Shown: positions 1 to 7,950, counted from the first letter of the stretch. The stretch is DNA of 25,047 bases from a virus (IMGVR_UViG_3300025296_000120:1-25047), one strand, 5' to 3'. Numbers and translations are program-made. Notes: generated by a model from the letters alone, not told the origin.

Positions 1-2
1 CG

Positions 3-425
3 GTAAACACAGAGCCTGAGAAGATTGGTGAGGTAGCTTCTACGTGGCCTGTAGCGTTAGAGGATGACGCCCATCTCTTTAATCACATGAGAAAGGTAGA
101 GATAGATAGGGACTTGGCACAGCATTTTCTGTCACGTAACCTTTGCTTAACCAAGACCAAGACTAAGATTAAGACAAACGACAAGTGGCTTGGCCGTATG
201 ATGGGACTGTGGGATAACTACAGTGCATCTATCGGTAGGAATGGGTACGCACTTTACAACACGTTAACCCATTATGGTACGCACGTTGACCGTGATAGCC
301 TACGGGGGGCTGAAGTTGGTAACCGTGCGTTGCGACAGGAGCAAGATGTCCAAACTTTGGTGCGAGGTAAGGCATTTAAAAGTCTCATAATGTATGATGA
401 CTTTGAGCAGCGGGTAGCTGCGTAA
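3..425 (+). CDS. DUF932-like phage protein, 5'-truncated by the window edge
   Basis: The frame is open from position 3, upstream of the 87 ATG. The C-terminal NGYALYNTLTHYGTH resembles the DUF932/DUF945 motif (W/Y)xLYNAxTxYxTH. Confidence 0.6.
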   Translation, partial: VNTEPEKIGEVASTWPVALEDDAHLFNHMRKVEIDRDLAQHFLSRNLCLTKTKTKIKTNDKWLGRMMGLWDNYSASIGRNGYALYNTLTHYGTHVDRDSLRGAEVGNRALRQEQDVQTLVRGKAFKSLIMYDDFEQRVAA

Positions 426-437
426 GCTTTGTCGCAA

Positions 438-490
438 GGTGGCAGGTGTGTGGGTTTTGTTCTCCTCCATGCACCTGCCACTAATTTTTT
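438..490 (+). terminator. Intrinsic terminator
   Basis: 15-bp stem of GTGGCAGGTGTGTGG (439-453) with CCATGCACCTGCCAC (467-481), including two G.U pairs, followed by TAATTTTTT. It lies just after the stop at 425. Confidence 0.75.
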
Positions 491-521
491 ACGCACTGCG
501 TAATTTTTGGAGATAGAAATT

Positions 522-728
522 ATGTATACTGAAGAAAGAACAAAAGAAATACTAGATGCTTTTACTGTGGTATTGGTGAAGGCAGATAATTTTTCAAGTG
601 ATAATGACCCAAAAGAATATAGGCAGTTCTGGGTAGCTCTTCGTAAAGAAGGAGCTAACTTGCTGGGTGTGTCTAGATATTTATTTGAGACTACTATGAC
701 TACTAAGGAGGGAGAATCTAGTGGCTAG
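522..728 (+). CDS. Hypothetical protein
   Basis: ATG at 522 with GGAG at 509-512 is preferred over TTG 507. The ORF overlaps the next start. Confidence 0.7.
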   Translation: MYTEERTKEILDAFTVVLVKADNFSSDNDPKEYRQFWVALRKEGANLLGVSRYLFETTMTTKEGESSG

Positions 729-957
729 ATTGTGGTATACTCAACGAGAGTGGGATAGAACTGTAGGATATGGTACTGTTCCTGATGAATATAAGATGGG
801 AGAATTTGAAGATAACTGGAAAGAAAGTTATAGTAAATTACAAAAGATTAAGGATGCTCAAAAAGAGTGTATCGTTTGTGGTTGTCCTATTACACAGCAA
901 GACTATGATGACTACAAACTGTGTCCTTGGTGTTATCAAGAATCCATAACGGAGTAA
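721..957 (+). CDS. Small protein with C-terminal zinc ribbon
   Basis: GTG start after AAGGAGGGAG. Contains CIVC...CPWC pairs. Confidence 0.7.
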   Translation: MARLWYTQREWDRTVGYGTVPDEYKMGEFEDNWKESYSKLQKIKDAQKECIVCGCPITQQDYDDYKLCPWCYQESITE

Positions 958-961
958 TACA

Positions 962-1456
962 ATGAACATTTTTATGCTAGACTACAATCCTATCATTGCA
1001 GCCCAGATGCACTGTGACAAACATGTAGTTAAGATGATACTAGAGAGTGCACAGATGTTATCAACTGCTCACCGTGTGTTGGATGGCGACGACTATGCAG
1101 ATTCTAATAAGTTGTATAGAGCAACACATAAGAACCATCCCAGTAACGTGTGGGTTAGAAAAAGTCTACACAATTATTTGTGGTTGCATGAACTGTTTGT
1201 GCAACTGCTACTGGAGTACGAGAACAGGTACAATAAAGTTCATGCATGTGATAGGCTGGTTAATAAACTTAGCACTGCACCAGAAAATATTGGCGACTGT
1301 GCTGGTGATCCTGTGCCACAGTGTATGCCAGATAAATACAAAGTTAAATTTGATACCGTTCAAGCTTATCGTAACTATTACTTAGGAGAGAAAGCATACT
1401 TTGCTAAGTGGAGTAAGTCTTCTGTGCCTTTATGGTGGAAGGAGGCGTTATCCTAA
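962..1456 (+). CDS. Pyrimidine-dimer DNA glycosylase / T4 endonuclease V (DenV)-like family protein
   Basis: Family-typical MNIFxLD...HCDKHVVKMILESAQMLSTAH, HxNHPSxxW, and C-terminal PQCMPDxY...AYRxYY. GGAG SD is present. Confidence 0.8.
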   Translation: MNIFMLDYNPIIAAQMHCDKHVVKMILESAQMLSTAHRVLDGDDYADSNKLYRATHKNHPSNVWVRKSLHNYLWLHELFVQLLLEYENRYNKVHACDRLVNKLSTAPENIGDCAGDPVPQCMPDKYKVKFDTVQAYRNYYLGEKAYFAKWSKSSVPLWWKEALS

Positions 1457-1569
1457 AAACGACACTGTTAGTAGTTGTAAGTATATTGATACTTTATGCA
1501 GTATTGATAAACTGGAGGCCACATTCTACGGAGGGTTTATTTAGGTATGAAACTTTTTATAAAAATTAA
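1432..1569 (+). CDS. Putative 45-aa single-TM microprotein (MVEGGVILKTTLLVVVSILILYAVLINWRP...), not in the ORF track
   Basis: Translated by hand. It fills the gap after the DenV-like gene and has a hydrophobic stretch of about 20 aa. Confidence 0.45.
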   Translation: MVEGGVILKTTLLVVVSILILYAVLINWRPHSTEGLFRYETFYKN

Positions 1570-1663
1570 GGAATGGGTTATTAAAATAAATGAGTATCTA
1601 AACAGAAGTGATGCACCAAAATATTTATCCGGTAAAAAAGGAAATGCTGATGACACCACATGA
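1547..1663 (+). CDS. Putative 38-aa microprotein (MKLFIKIKEWVIKINEYLNRSDAPKYLSGKKGNADDTT)
   Basis: Translated by hand. GGAGG lies upstream, and the ORF overlaps both neighbours as is usual in this cluster. Confidence 0.45.
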   Translation: MKLFIKIKEWVIKINEYLNRSDAPKYLSGKKGNADDTT

Positions 1664-2009
1664 AAAACTAAAGTTGCTTAGAGATAAGGTTGCTACTAAA
1701 GGAAATCCTATTGATAGACAGCACATTATAAATAATTTGAAAGATGTTTATGATCCCGAAATTACCAGTGTAAGTATTTATGAGTTAGGGCTTATTTACA
1801 ACATCGACATAGATGAGAGTGAGGGTACTGTAGAGTTAACACACACGCTAACAAGTGCATGGTGTCCATTTGCAGATGAGATTGTTCATGCTATACATAA
1901 AGCTTGTGAGGTAGATAATGTTGACTCTGTTAATATCATTACGACATTTGATCCACCGTTTAGTATGGACATGGTTCCAGAAGAAACCCGACTAATTATG
2001 GGGTGGTAG
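1650..2009 (+). CDS. DUF59 / SufT (FeS_assembly_P, PaaD-like) Fe-S cluster maturation protein
   Basis: LKDVYDPEI..SIYELGLIY, TLTSAWCP (conserved Cys) and FDPPFSMDM motifs. ATG 1650 follows AAGGA; the track start is GTG 1608. Confidence 0.85.
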   Translation: MTPHEKLKLLRDKVATKGNPIDRQHIINNLKDVYDPEITSVSIYELGLIYNIDIDESEGTVELTHTLTSAWCPFADEIVHAIHKACEVDNVDSVNIITTFDPPFSMDMVPEETRLIMGW

Positions 2010-2015
2010 AGGACT

Positions 2016-2507
2016 ATGAGAGCTTTACCCGAAGAGTTTACTGTACAAGAATCAGATAAGGATGGTCTTGGTCTATTTGCTAGGCAGGAAATAATTTTCT
2101 TTCCTAATGCTGTGTGTCATATACACCATCCTTATCTGGGTTGGCTGCGAACTGCAGTAGGGGCCTTTCTTAATCATAGTGATACACCAAACTGTATCGT
2201 GCAAGAAAGTACTGTTGTGATTAAAACAGCTAGTGCCATAGCTGACTTTAGATTGGATCGTTATTTGTTGGGTACTGAAAGTAATCATAAGACAGGCGTA
2301 ACGGTTAAAATTAGATGCCTGTTACAGAGTAGAAAAATTAACGCTGGTGATGAAATCACCGTAGCATATGAGGATATAAATCATCATGGAATACGATACC
2401 TTGGAGATACCGGCCTTCTTACGCCGTCACAAGAAGAGGGGCAGGCCCAGAAAAATTATTCAACCAGACTTGCTGCCCGTAAAAGACAAATGGAAACAGT
2501 GGGATAA
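2016..2507 (+). CDS. SET-domain protein (putative SAM-dependent lysine methyltransferase)
   Basis: SET motifs GLGLFA, FLNHSDTPNC and INAGDEITVAY. GAGGA SD is present. Confidence 0.85.
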   Translation: MRALPEEFTVQESDKDGLGLFARQEIIFFPNAVCHIHHPYLGWLRTAVGAFLNHSDTPNCIVQESTVVIKTASAIADFRLDRYLLGTESNHKTGVTVKIRCLLQSRKINAGDEITVAYEDINHHGIRYLGDTGLLTPSQEEGQAQKNYSTRLAARKRQMETVG

Positions 2508-2838
2508 AATTAAACAAAAAAGGTATGGAACACGCTATGATATAACTTTAGGTGATGAGGCACCAAGAATAGGTAGTGGGTTACGAATTGTATATGTTAA
2601 AGAAGGTCGTAAGTGGGCTACCATGACTAGCCATACTGGTGATCCTGATAAAAAGGAAGGTAAAGTAATTAAGAAGTTTAAGTTGAAAATTTGGTATGGA
2701 ATTAAGGCTGCACATGAACGCCGTTTGAAAAGGAATGATCCCGATGAAGTTGCAAAACGCCAAAGTCGTAGACGTTATAGAAAGATATATACAAACCCCG
2801 GAGTTCAAGACCAAGATACGAGCGGACAAAACTCGTGA
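2386..2838 (+). CDS. Basic protein with N-terminal FtsZ C-terminal-peptide-like motif and AT-hook
   Basis: N-terminus is MEYDTLEIPAFLRRHKKRGRPRK. GAGGA SD at 2370-2374. It is the only + strand ORF in the track covering 2508-2734. Confidence 0.75.
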   Translation: MEYDTLEIPAFLRRHKKRGRPRKIIQPDLLPVKDKWKQWDKIKQKRYGTRYDITLGDEAPRIGSGLRIVYVKEGRKWATMTSHTGDPDKKEGKVIKKFKLKIWYGIKAAHERRLKRNDPDEVAKRQSRRRYRKIYTNPGVQDQDTSGQNS

Positions 2839-3742
2839 TCAATATGAGTATCAATTACGGAAGTTGTGTGATCTACAGTTAGAGGGTGTTCCTGTAAAGG
2901 ATATTAAAATGCCAGATTTAACAGTGGCTAAGTGCCAACATATTTACTGGCAGTTGGTTGAGAGTGTTGGTGACGGTAAAGGTATTCGATTTGCAAATTA
3001 CACACTCCAGATTGTTACTCGTGTGTGGAATGTGCTTATGAAGTATGACCTGTTAGAAAAAAATCCTTGGTGCTTTGTAGAAAGGGGTAAGCCTGCACCT
3101 AGAAATACCATATGGAATACCGAAGACTTTACTACTTTTCTAAATACTGCATTTGGTGTACCTAAGTGGCGTAACATAGGTCTTCTGGTGCGTATCAATG
3201 TAGAGTTGGGTCAACGTATAGAGGATATACGCCTGTCTGAATGGGAAAACTATAACCTAGCAGATGGCTTGTATACCAGAGAGGTGATATTAAAAACTAA
3301 TGAACGCATAGCGGGTATACCCATGTCAGATTCCCTCATACAAATGCTAAAGGAACAGAAAGAAGTATACGACTTTCAAAATTGGGTCGTACCAAATCCT
3401 ATTACGCTTGAGCCATACAGTGAGCACAATATATCTCGTACTTTTAGAAAAATAATGGTTGCAGCTAAGTTGCCATCTCGTTTGCAGTTAAGGGATATTC
3501 GCAGAACCGTGTTAACAGACCTTGCTAACCACGGGGCTACCGATACAGAAATCATGGCTTACAGTGGACACAAGAGTAGGGAGAGTTTGATGCCTTATGT
3601 GTGCATTAACACAGAGCAGGCCCGTAATGCTGCCAACAAGCGGCAATTTAGTATGGAAGAAAATGATGAATGGCAACAATTTAAACGTAGTCTTATGACT
3701 ACAGAAGAACTTTTAAATGAGATTGAGTTTAAGGATGAATGA
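2744..3742 (+). CDS. int: Tyrosine recombinase / phage integrase
   Basis: GQRIEDI (Arg I), LRDIRRT (box II), SGHKS and catalytic Tyr in LMPY. ATG 2744 follows AAGGA; the alternative start is 2735. Confidence 0.88.
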   Translation: MKLQNAKVVDVIERYIQTPEFKTKIRADKTRDQYEYQLRKLCDLQLEGVPVKDIKMPDLTVAKCQHIYWQLVESVGDGKGIRFANYTLQIVTRVWNVLMKYDLLEKNPWCFVERGKPAPRNTIWNTEDFTTFLNTAFGVPKWRNIGLLVRINVELGQRIEDIRLSEWENYNLADGLYTREVILKTNERIAGIPMSDSLIQMLKEQKEVYDFQNWVVPNPITLEPYSEHNISRTFRKIMVAAKLPSRLQLRDIRRTVLTDLANHGATDTEIMAYSGHKSRESLMPYVCINTEQARNAANKRQFSMEENDEWQQFKRSLMTTEELLNEIEFKDE

Positions 3743-3929
3743 ACAGACGAAGAAAGAATTTAATGAACTATATGAAAAATTAAAAAAAATTGATAATGAA
3801 ATTTCTACTGCAGCATGGCCTAATATTAATGACGGCTTTGATTATTCTTATAGGGATAAGATAAGAAAAAAATTGCTGTCTATTTTAGAAAGGGACAACG
3901 GTGAGCAGCATACATACCTACATAAATGA
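3717..3929 (+). CDS. Hypothetical protein
   Basis: The ORF bridges integrase and primase and overlaps both. The alternative start is 3735. Confidence 0.6.
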   Translation: MRLSLRMNEQTKKEFNELYEKLKKIDNEISTAAWPNINDGFDYSYRDKIRKKLLSILERDNGEQHTYLHK

Positions 3930-4716
3930 ACTAGACTTACAACTAGACGACAGGCATAGAGGAGACTGCCCTGTTTGCAACGGAAGAAATACATTCACTG
4001 TTTCCAGAACATTGGATGGCATTCTTTATAACTGTTACAAGGCAGGTTGTGGATTATCTGGCACAAAAAATACTTTTGTTACTGTTCAAGATGCTCTACG
4101 GCGAAAAGAAAACCCCACAAAGCAGGGTCCATTTGTTTTACCGGACTATATAGTGCCAAAACGAAAGGAAGTAGAAGATTGGGCGAGGGCTAATTTTATT
4201 GTAGATACAGAGCTACTGTATGACGTGAAAGAAGACAGGGTTGTGTTTCCTGTAGTACATAACCGAAAGATTGTGGACGCTACAGGACGGGCCATAAGGA
4301 AATATAGTAAGCCTAAGTGGAAACGCTATGGCACCAGTCAGTACGCTTACACGGTAGGTGAGGGTACTGTGGCAGTAGTAGTAGAGGATTGTATATCTGC
4401 TGCTAGGATATCTAAGGTAATTAAAAATTGTGTAGGGGTTGCACTGTTAGGTACTTCTCTATTACCTGAACACATTAATCAGTTAAAGGACTTTAGTATG
4501 GTTCTTGTGGCTCTTGATCCTGACGCTGCTAAGAAGACACTGCAATTCACCTCTACAATACGGGCGCAACTTGGTTCAGAAAATATTTTTGCTATAAAAT
4601 TAGAAGATGACTTGAAGTATGCGAGAAAAAATGATATAGTGAACATTCAAAATAGGATAGGAGAATGCAATGGAATTGGCTCTACTACGCACACTGATGG
4701 ACAGAGAGTTCTATAA
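3901..4716 (+). CDS. DNA primase (Zn-binding domain plus TOPRIM)
   Basis: CPVC...CYKAGC zinc motif. TOPRIM motifs VVVEDCISA and VALDPDA. Confidence 0.88.
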   Translation: MSSIHTYINELDLQLDDRHRGDCPVCNGRNTFTVSRTLDGILYNCYKAGCGLSGTKNTFVTVQDALRRKENPTKQGPFVLPDYIVPKRKEVEDWARANFIVDTELLYDVKEDRVVFPVVHNRKIVDATGRAIRKYSKPKWKRYGTSQYAYTVGEGTVAVVVEDCISAARISKVIKNCVGVALLGTSLLPEHINQLKDFSMVLVALDPDAAKKTLQFTSTIRAQLGSENIFAIKLEDDLKYARKNDIVNIQNRIGECNGIGSTTHTDGQRVL

Positions 4717-5896
4717 AAATAATAGGAATTTAGCAAAGGAGAAAATATTTAGAAGTAAGGAAACTAGGTCTATTAAAAGTGTTATAGATCAGGCTATGGT
4801 TGACTATGAGAATGAACTTGGTCCTTCAGATATAGAAGCCCTGTTCTTTTCGCAAAACCCCACATTGACTACAGCACAAAAAGAATCGTACCAGACCCTA
4901 TTTCGTAAGATTGATGCTGTAGAACTGTTAAATATGGATGTAGCACAAAATGTATTGCGGGAGTTGAACAGAGAGGATGCCGCAAATGAACTAATGGACT
5001 TGGCATTCAAGATGTCTAATGGTGAAGTAACTTCCCTACATAAGATTGTCGAGTTCGTAGATCAAAGAGAAGAAGACTTTATGCCAGCCCTGAAAGTGTA
5101 TTTTGAAAACATGGACATTGATTCTTTACTCAAGAAAAATGATCTGAAGTTTAGATGGAAGTTTAATATACCTACAGTTGCCACCTTGATCCCCGGCGTA
5201 AATCAGGGACAGATAATTGTGGGTGCAGCCCGTCCTAATACGGGTAAGACAAGTAGTCATGCCTATCTCTGTGCTGGACCTGATGGGTTTGCCCAGCAAG
5301 GAGCTAAGGTTATGGTCTTAGCTAACGAGGAGGATACCAGTAGAGTATCTGCACGATACCTAACGGCTGCTTGCGGCATGAAGATTGAAGACATTGTTAA
5401 GAATAGGGCAAAGGCAGAAAAGTTATTTAGTCCCATCAAAGACAGGCTAAAAGTTACTGATGCTACAGGCTGGGATTTAGATCGTGTTGAACGGGCTATC
5501 AAAGCGTATGAACCTGACATAGTAATTGCAGATATGGCAGATAAATTTCAGCCCGAAGGTAGGTACACAGCACACCATGAGCAGTTGAAGGCGACATATA
5601 TTAGATTTAGAATTATAGCCAAACAATACAACTGTGTGCTATTTGCCATGTCTCAACTGTCGGCAGAGGCAGAGGGCAAAGTGTTTGTAAACATGAGTAT
5701 GCTTGAGGGCAGTAGAACAGGCAAGGCTAGTGAAGCAGATGTATTGTTTTGTATAACTAAAACACCTATGGTTGAAGGACAACAGGAGGAAGAAAGTCCA
5801 GAGAGACACTGGTTAGTATTAAAGAATAAGTTGACTGGAAAACACGGGCGAGTTATTACCTTGCTTGACCCGGAAACTGCAACATATAGCGCATAG
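4670..5896 (+). CDS. Replicative SF4 (DnaB/T7 gp4-like) helicase
   Basis: Walker A GAARPNTGKTS, Walker B IVIADMAD, SQLS motif and LKNK arginine-finger region. Confidence 0.92.
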   Translation: MELALLRTLMDREFYKNNRNLAKEKIFRSKETRSIKSVIDQAMVDYENELGPSDIEALFFSQNPTLTTAQKESYQTLFRKIDAVELLNMDVAQNVLRELNREDAANELMDLAFKMSNGEVTSLHKIVEFVDQREEDFMPALKVYFENMDIDSLLKKNDLKFRWKFNIPTVATLIPGVNQGQIIVGAARPNTGKTSSHAYLCAGPDGFAQQGAKVMVLANEEDTSRVSARYLTAACGMKIEDIVKNRAKAEKLFSPIKDRLKVTDATGWDLDRVERAIKAYEPDIVIADMADKFQPEGRYTAHHEQLKATYIRFRIIAKQYNCVLFAMSQLSAEAEGKVFVNMSMLEGSRTGKASEADVLFCITKTPMVEGQQEEESPERHWLVLKNKLTGKHGRVITLLDPETATYSA

Positions 5897-5904
5897 GAAA
5901 AATC

Positions 5905-7950
5905 ATGAAACTTACAGTGGACATAGAAAATACTGTATCTAAATTACCTTCTGGTAAAACCTTGCTTGATCCTTTTACAGAGGGCAATAGACTGGTGTTG
6001 GTATGTACAAAAAAGGACACTGGTGAAGAGTCCTCATTCTGGTTTGATCATGCTACACATAGCACAGATAATGCCAAGGAGCTACTGCAAGAGCAGCTTG
6101 ATGAAGCTACCGTGTTAATCTGTCACAATGCTCAACATGAATTAACATGGCTGTGGGAGACAGGGTTTACCTACGATGGTTCTGTGTTTGATACTCTGTT
6201 GGTGGAGTATCTATTTCAAAGAGCGGTTAAAGAACCCCTGTCTTTGCAGGCTATTGCAGAGAGATATGATTTAGAAAATCAAAAACTGGATACTCTTTCC
6301 GAAAGTCTTAAAAAGGGTGCATCTGTAGCGGAAATTGATGGAGATGAATTGCAAGAATACTGCTTAACAGATGTACGAGCTACACAGGAATTGTCGGATC
6401 GCCTTCGTACAAAAATGTTTAGTCAAGAGTATGCTACATTGCAGCATATAATTAATTTAACCAATGATGTATGTGTTCTTTTAGCTAAGATATACTATCG
6501 TGGCTTTAGAGTAGATAGGCAAGTGTTATTGGAAGTAAAAGAAGAGTTTCAAAAAGAGCAACAGGAGATACAACATGAACTGAAGGATCAACTTCATAGT
6601 CTTATGGGAGATACTCCTATAAACTTAGCTTCTCCTGAACAATTGAGCACGGTTGTATATAGTCGCAAGCCTAAAGATAAGGCTACATGGGCTACTAACT
6701 TTTCCAAGTACATGAAAAAGGCAGCATTTTCTGCTGCAACCACAGCTAATTCTGAAATTGTATACAAAACAACAGCAATTCAATGCAAAGATTGTTTTGG
6801 TAAGGGATTTAATTTAGCTATAAAGAAAGATGGAACTACCGGAAAAGCAAAGCGTATATGTCACACATGTAATCGTACAGGAATATTATACATTCCCGGT
6901 AAAGCTATGGCGGGGTTGAGATTTTCTGCTCCTTCTGCAAGTTGGGTAGCTAATCATGGTTTTAGTACAAGCAAATTTAATCTTGAAATTTTAGAAAACT
7001 CTGCTAGGCAAAAGGGACTTTCTGATGCACAAAGTTTTCTGCATAAGGTGCGTAGGCTATCCGCATTAGATACCTATATGTCTTCTTTTGTAGAGGGGAT
7101 TACAAATTTCATAAAGCCTGATGGAAGATTACATGTTAGACTAGTTCAACACAGAACTGCAACTGGTCGCTTGGCGTCTGACTCACCAAACCTACAAAAC
7201 ATGCCTCGTGGTGGTACTTTTCCAATTAAGAGAGTGTTCAGATCGCGTTGGTTGGATGGTAGTATTATTGAAGCAGACTTTGCTCAACTTGAATTTAGGG
7301 CCGCTGCTTTTCTGGGTGATGATGAAGTTGCCAAGAAAGAAATAGATACAGGCTTTGATGTGCATAGCTATACGGCAGAGATTATTTCTAAGTATGGTCA
7401 GACTACAACCCGACAAGAAGCTAAGGCACATACCTTTGCCCCGCTATTTGGGGCCACAGGCTTTGGTAGGACAGCAGCAGAGGCTGCATACTATCAATTA
7501 TTTACTAAAAAATATTACGGCATAGCTGGTTGGCATGGTGAATTGGCAAATGAAGTTATGTCTACAGGAATGGTTACTACGCCTACAGGAAGACAGTTTA
7601 AATTTCCTAATGTACAGAGAAAAGAGGGAGGAACCATTACACATTTTACAGCAGTGAAAAATTATCCTGTTCAATCCATCTCTACAGACATTGTACAAAC
7701 AGCTTTACTATTAGTTGAACGTATTATGCGAAATAAAAAGCTTAATAGTATTATAGTTAATAGTGTGCATGACAGCATTGTGGTGGATGTATATCCAAAG
7801 GAAGAAGAGTTGGTCAGAGAGTGCATTACAATAGCTGAACAAAGATTGAGAACAGCATTTTTAATTAATTTTGAAGTAGATTTCAATGTTCCACTTATCA
7901 TTGATTGTAAAATGGGAAAAAATTGGATGGAATTGAATGAATATGCTTGA
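5905..7950 (+). CDS. Family A DNA polymerase with 3'-5' exonuclease domain and DnaJ-like Zn-finger insert
   Basis: ExoI DIEN, ExoIII YCLTD, TATGRLAS..PNLQNMP, motif A ADFAQLEFR, motif B AKAHTFAPLFG and motif C VHDS. The insert is CKDCFGKG...CHTCNRTG. Confidence 0.96.
   Translation: MKLTVDIENTVSKLPSGKTLLDPFTEGNRLVLVCTKKDTGEESSFWFDHATHSTDNAKELLQEQLDEATVLICHNAQHELTWLWETGFTYDGSVFDTLLVEYLFQRAVKEPLSLQAIAERYDLENQKLDTLSESLKKGASVAEIDGDELQEYCLTDVRATQELSDRLRTKMFSQEYATLQHIINLTNDVCVLLAKIYYRGFRVDRQVLLEVKEEFQKEQQEIQHELKDQLHSLMGDTPINLASPEQLSTVVYSRKPKDKATWATNFSKYMKKAAFSAATTANSEIVYKTTAIQCKDCFGKGFNLAIKKDGTTGKAKRICHTCNRTGILYIPGKAMAGLRFSAPSASWVANHGFSTSKFNLEILENSARQKGLSDAQSFLHKVRRLSALDTYMSSFVEGITNFIKPDGRLHVRLVQHRTATGRLASDSPNLQNMPRGGTFPIKRVFRSRWLDGSIIEADFAQLEFRAAAFLGDDEVAKKEIDTGFDVHSYTAEIISKYGQTTTRQEAKAHTFAPLFGATGFGRTAAEAAYYQLFTKKYYGIAGWHGELANEVMSTGMVTTPTGRQFKFPNVQRKEGGTITHFTAVKNYPVQSISTDIVQTALLLVERIMRNKKLNSIIVNSVHDSIVVDVYPKEEELVRECITIAEQRLRTAFLINFEVDFNVPLIIDCKMGKNWMELNEYA

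Noticed and set aside
2796-2815. GGAGTTCAAGACC, resembling a tRNA T-loop or attP core
   Set aside because: No T-stem pairing or cloverleaf is present, and the sequence lies in double-coding DNA.
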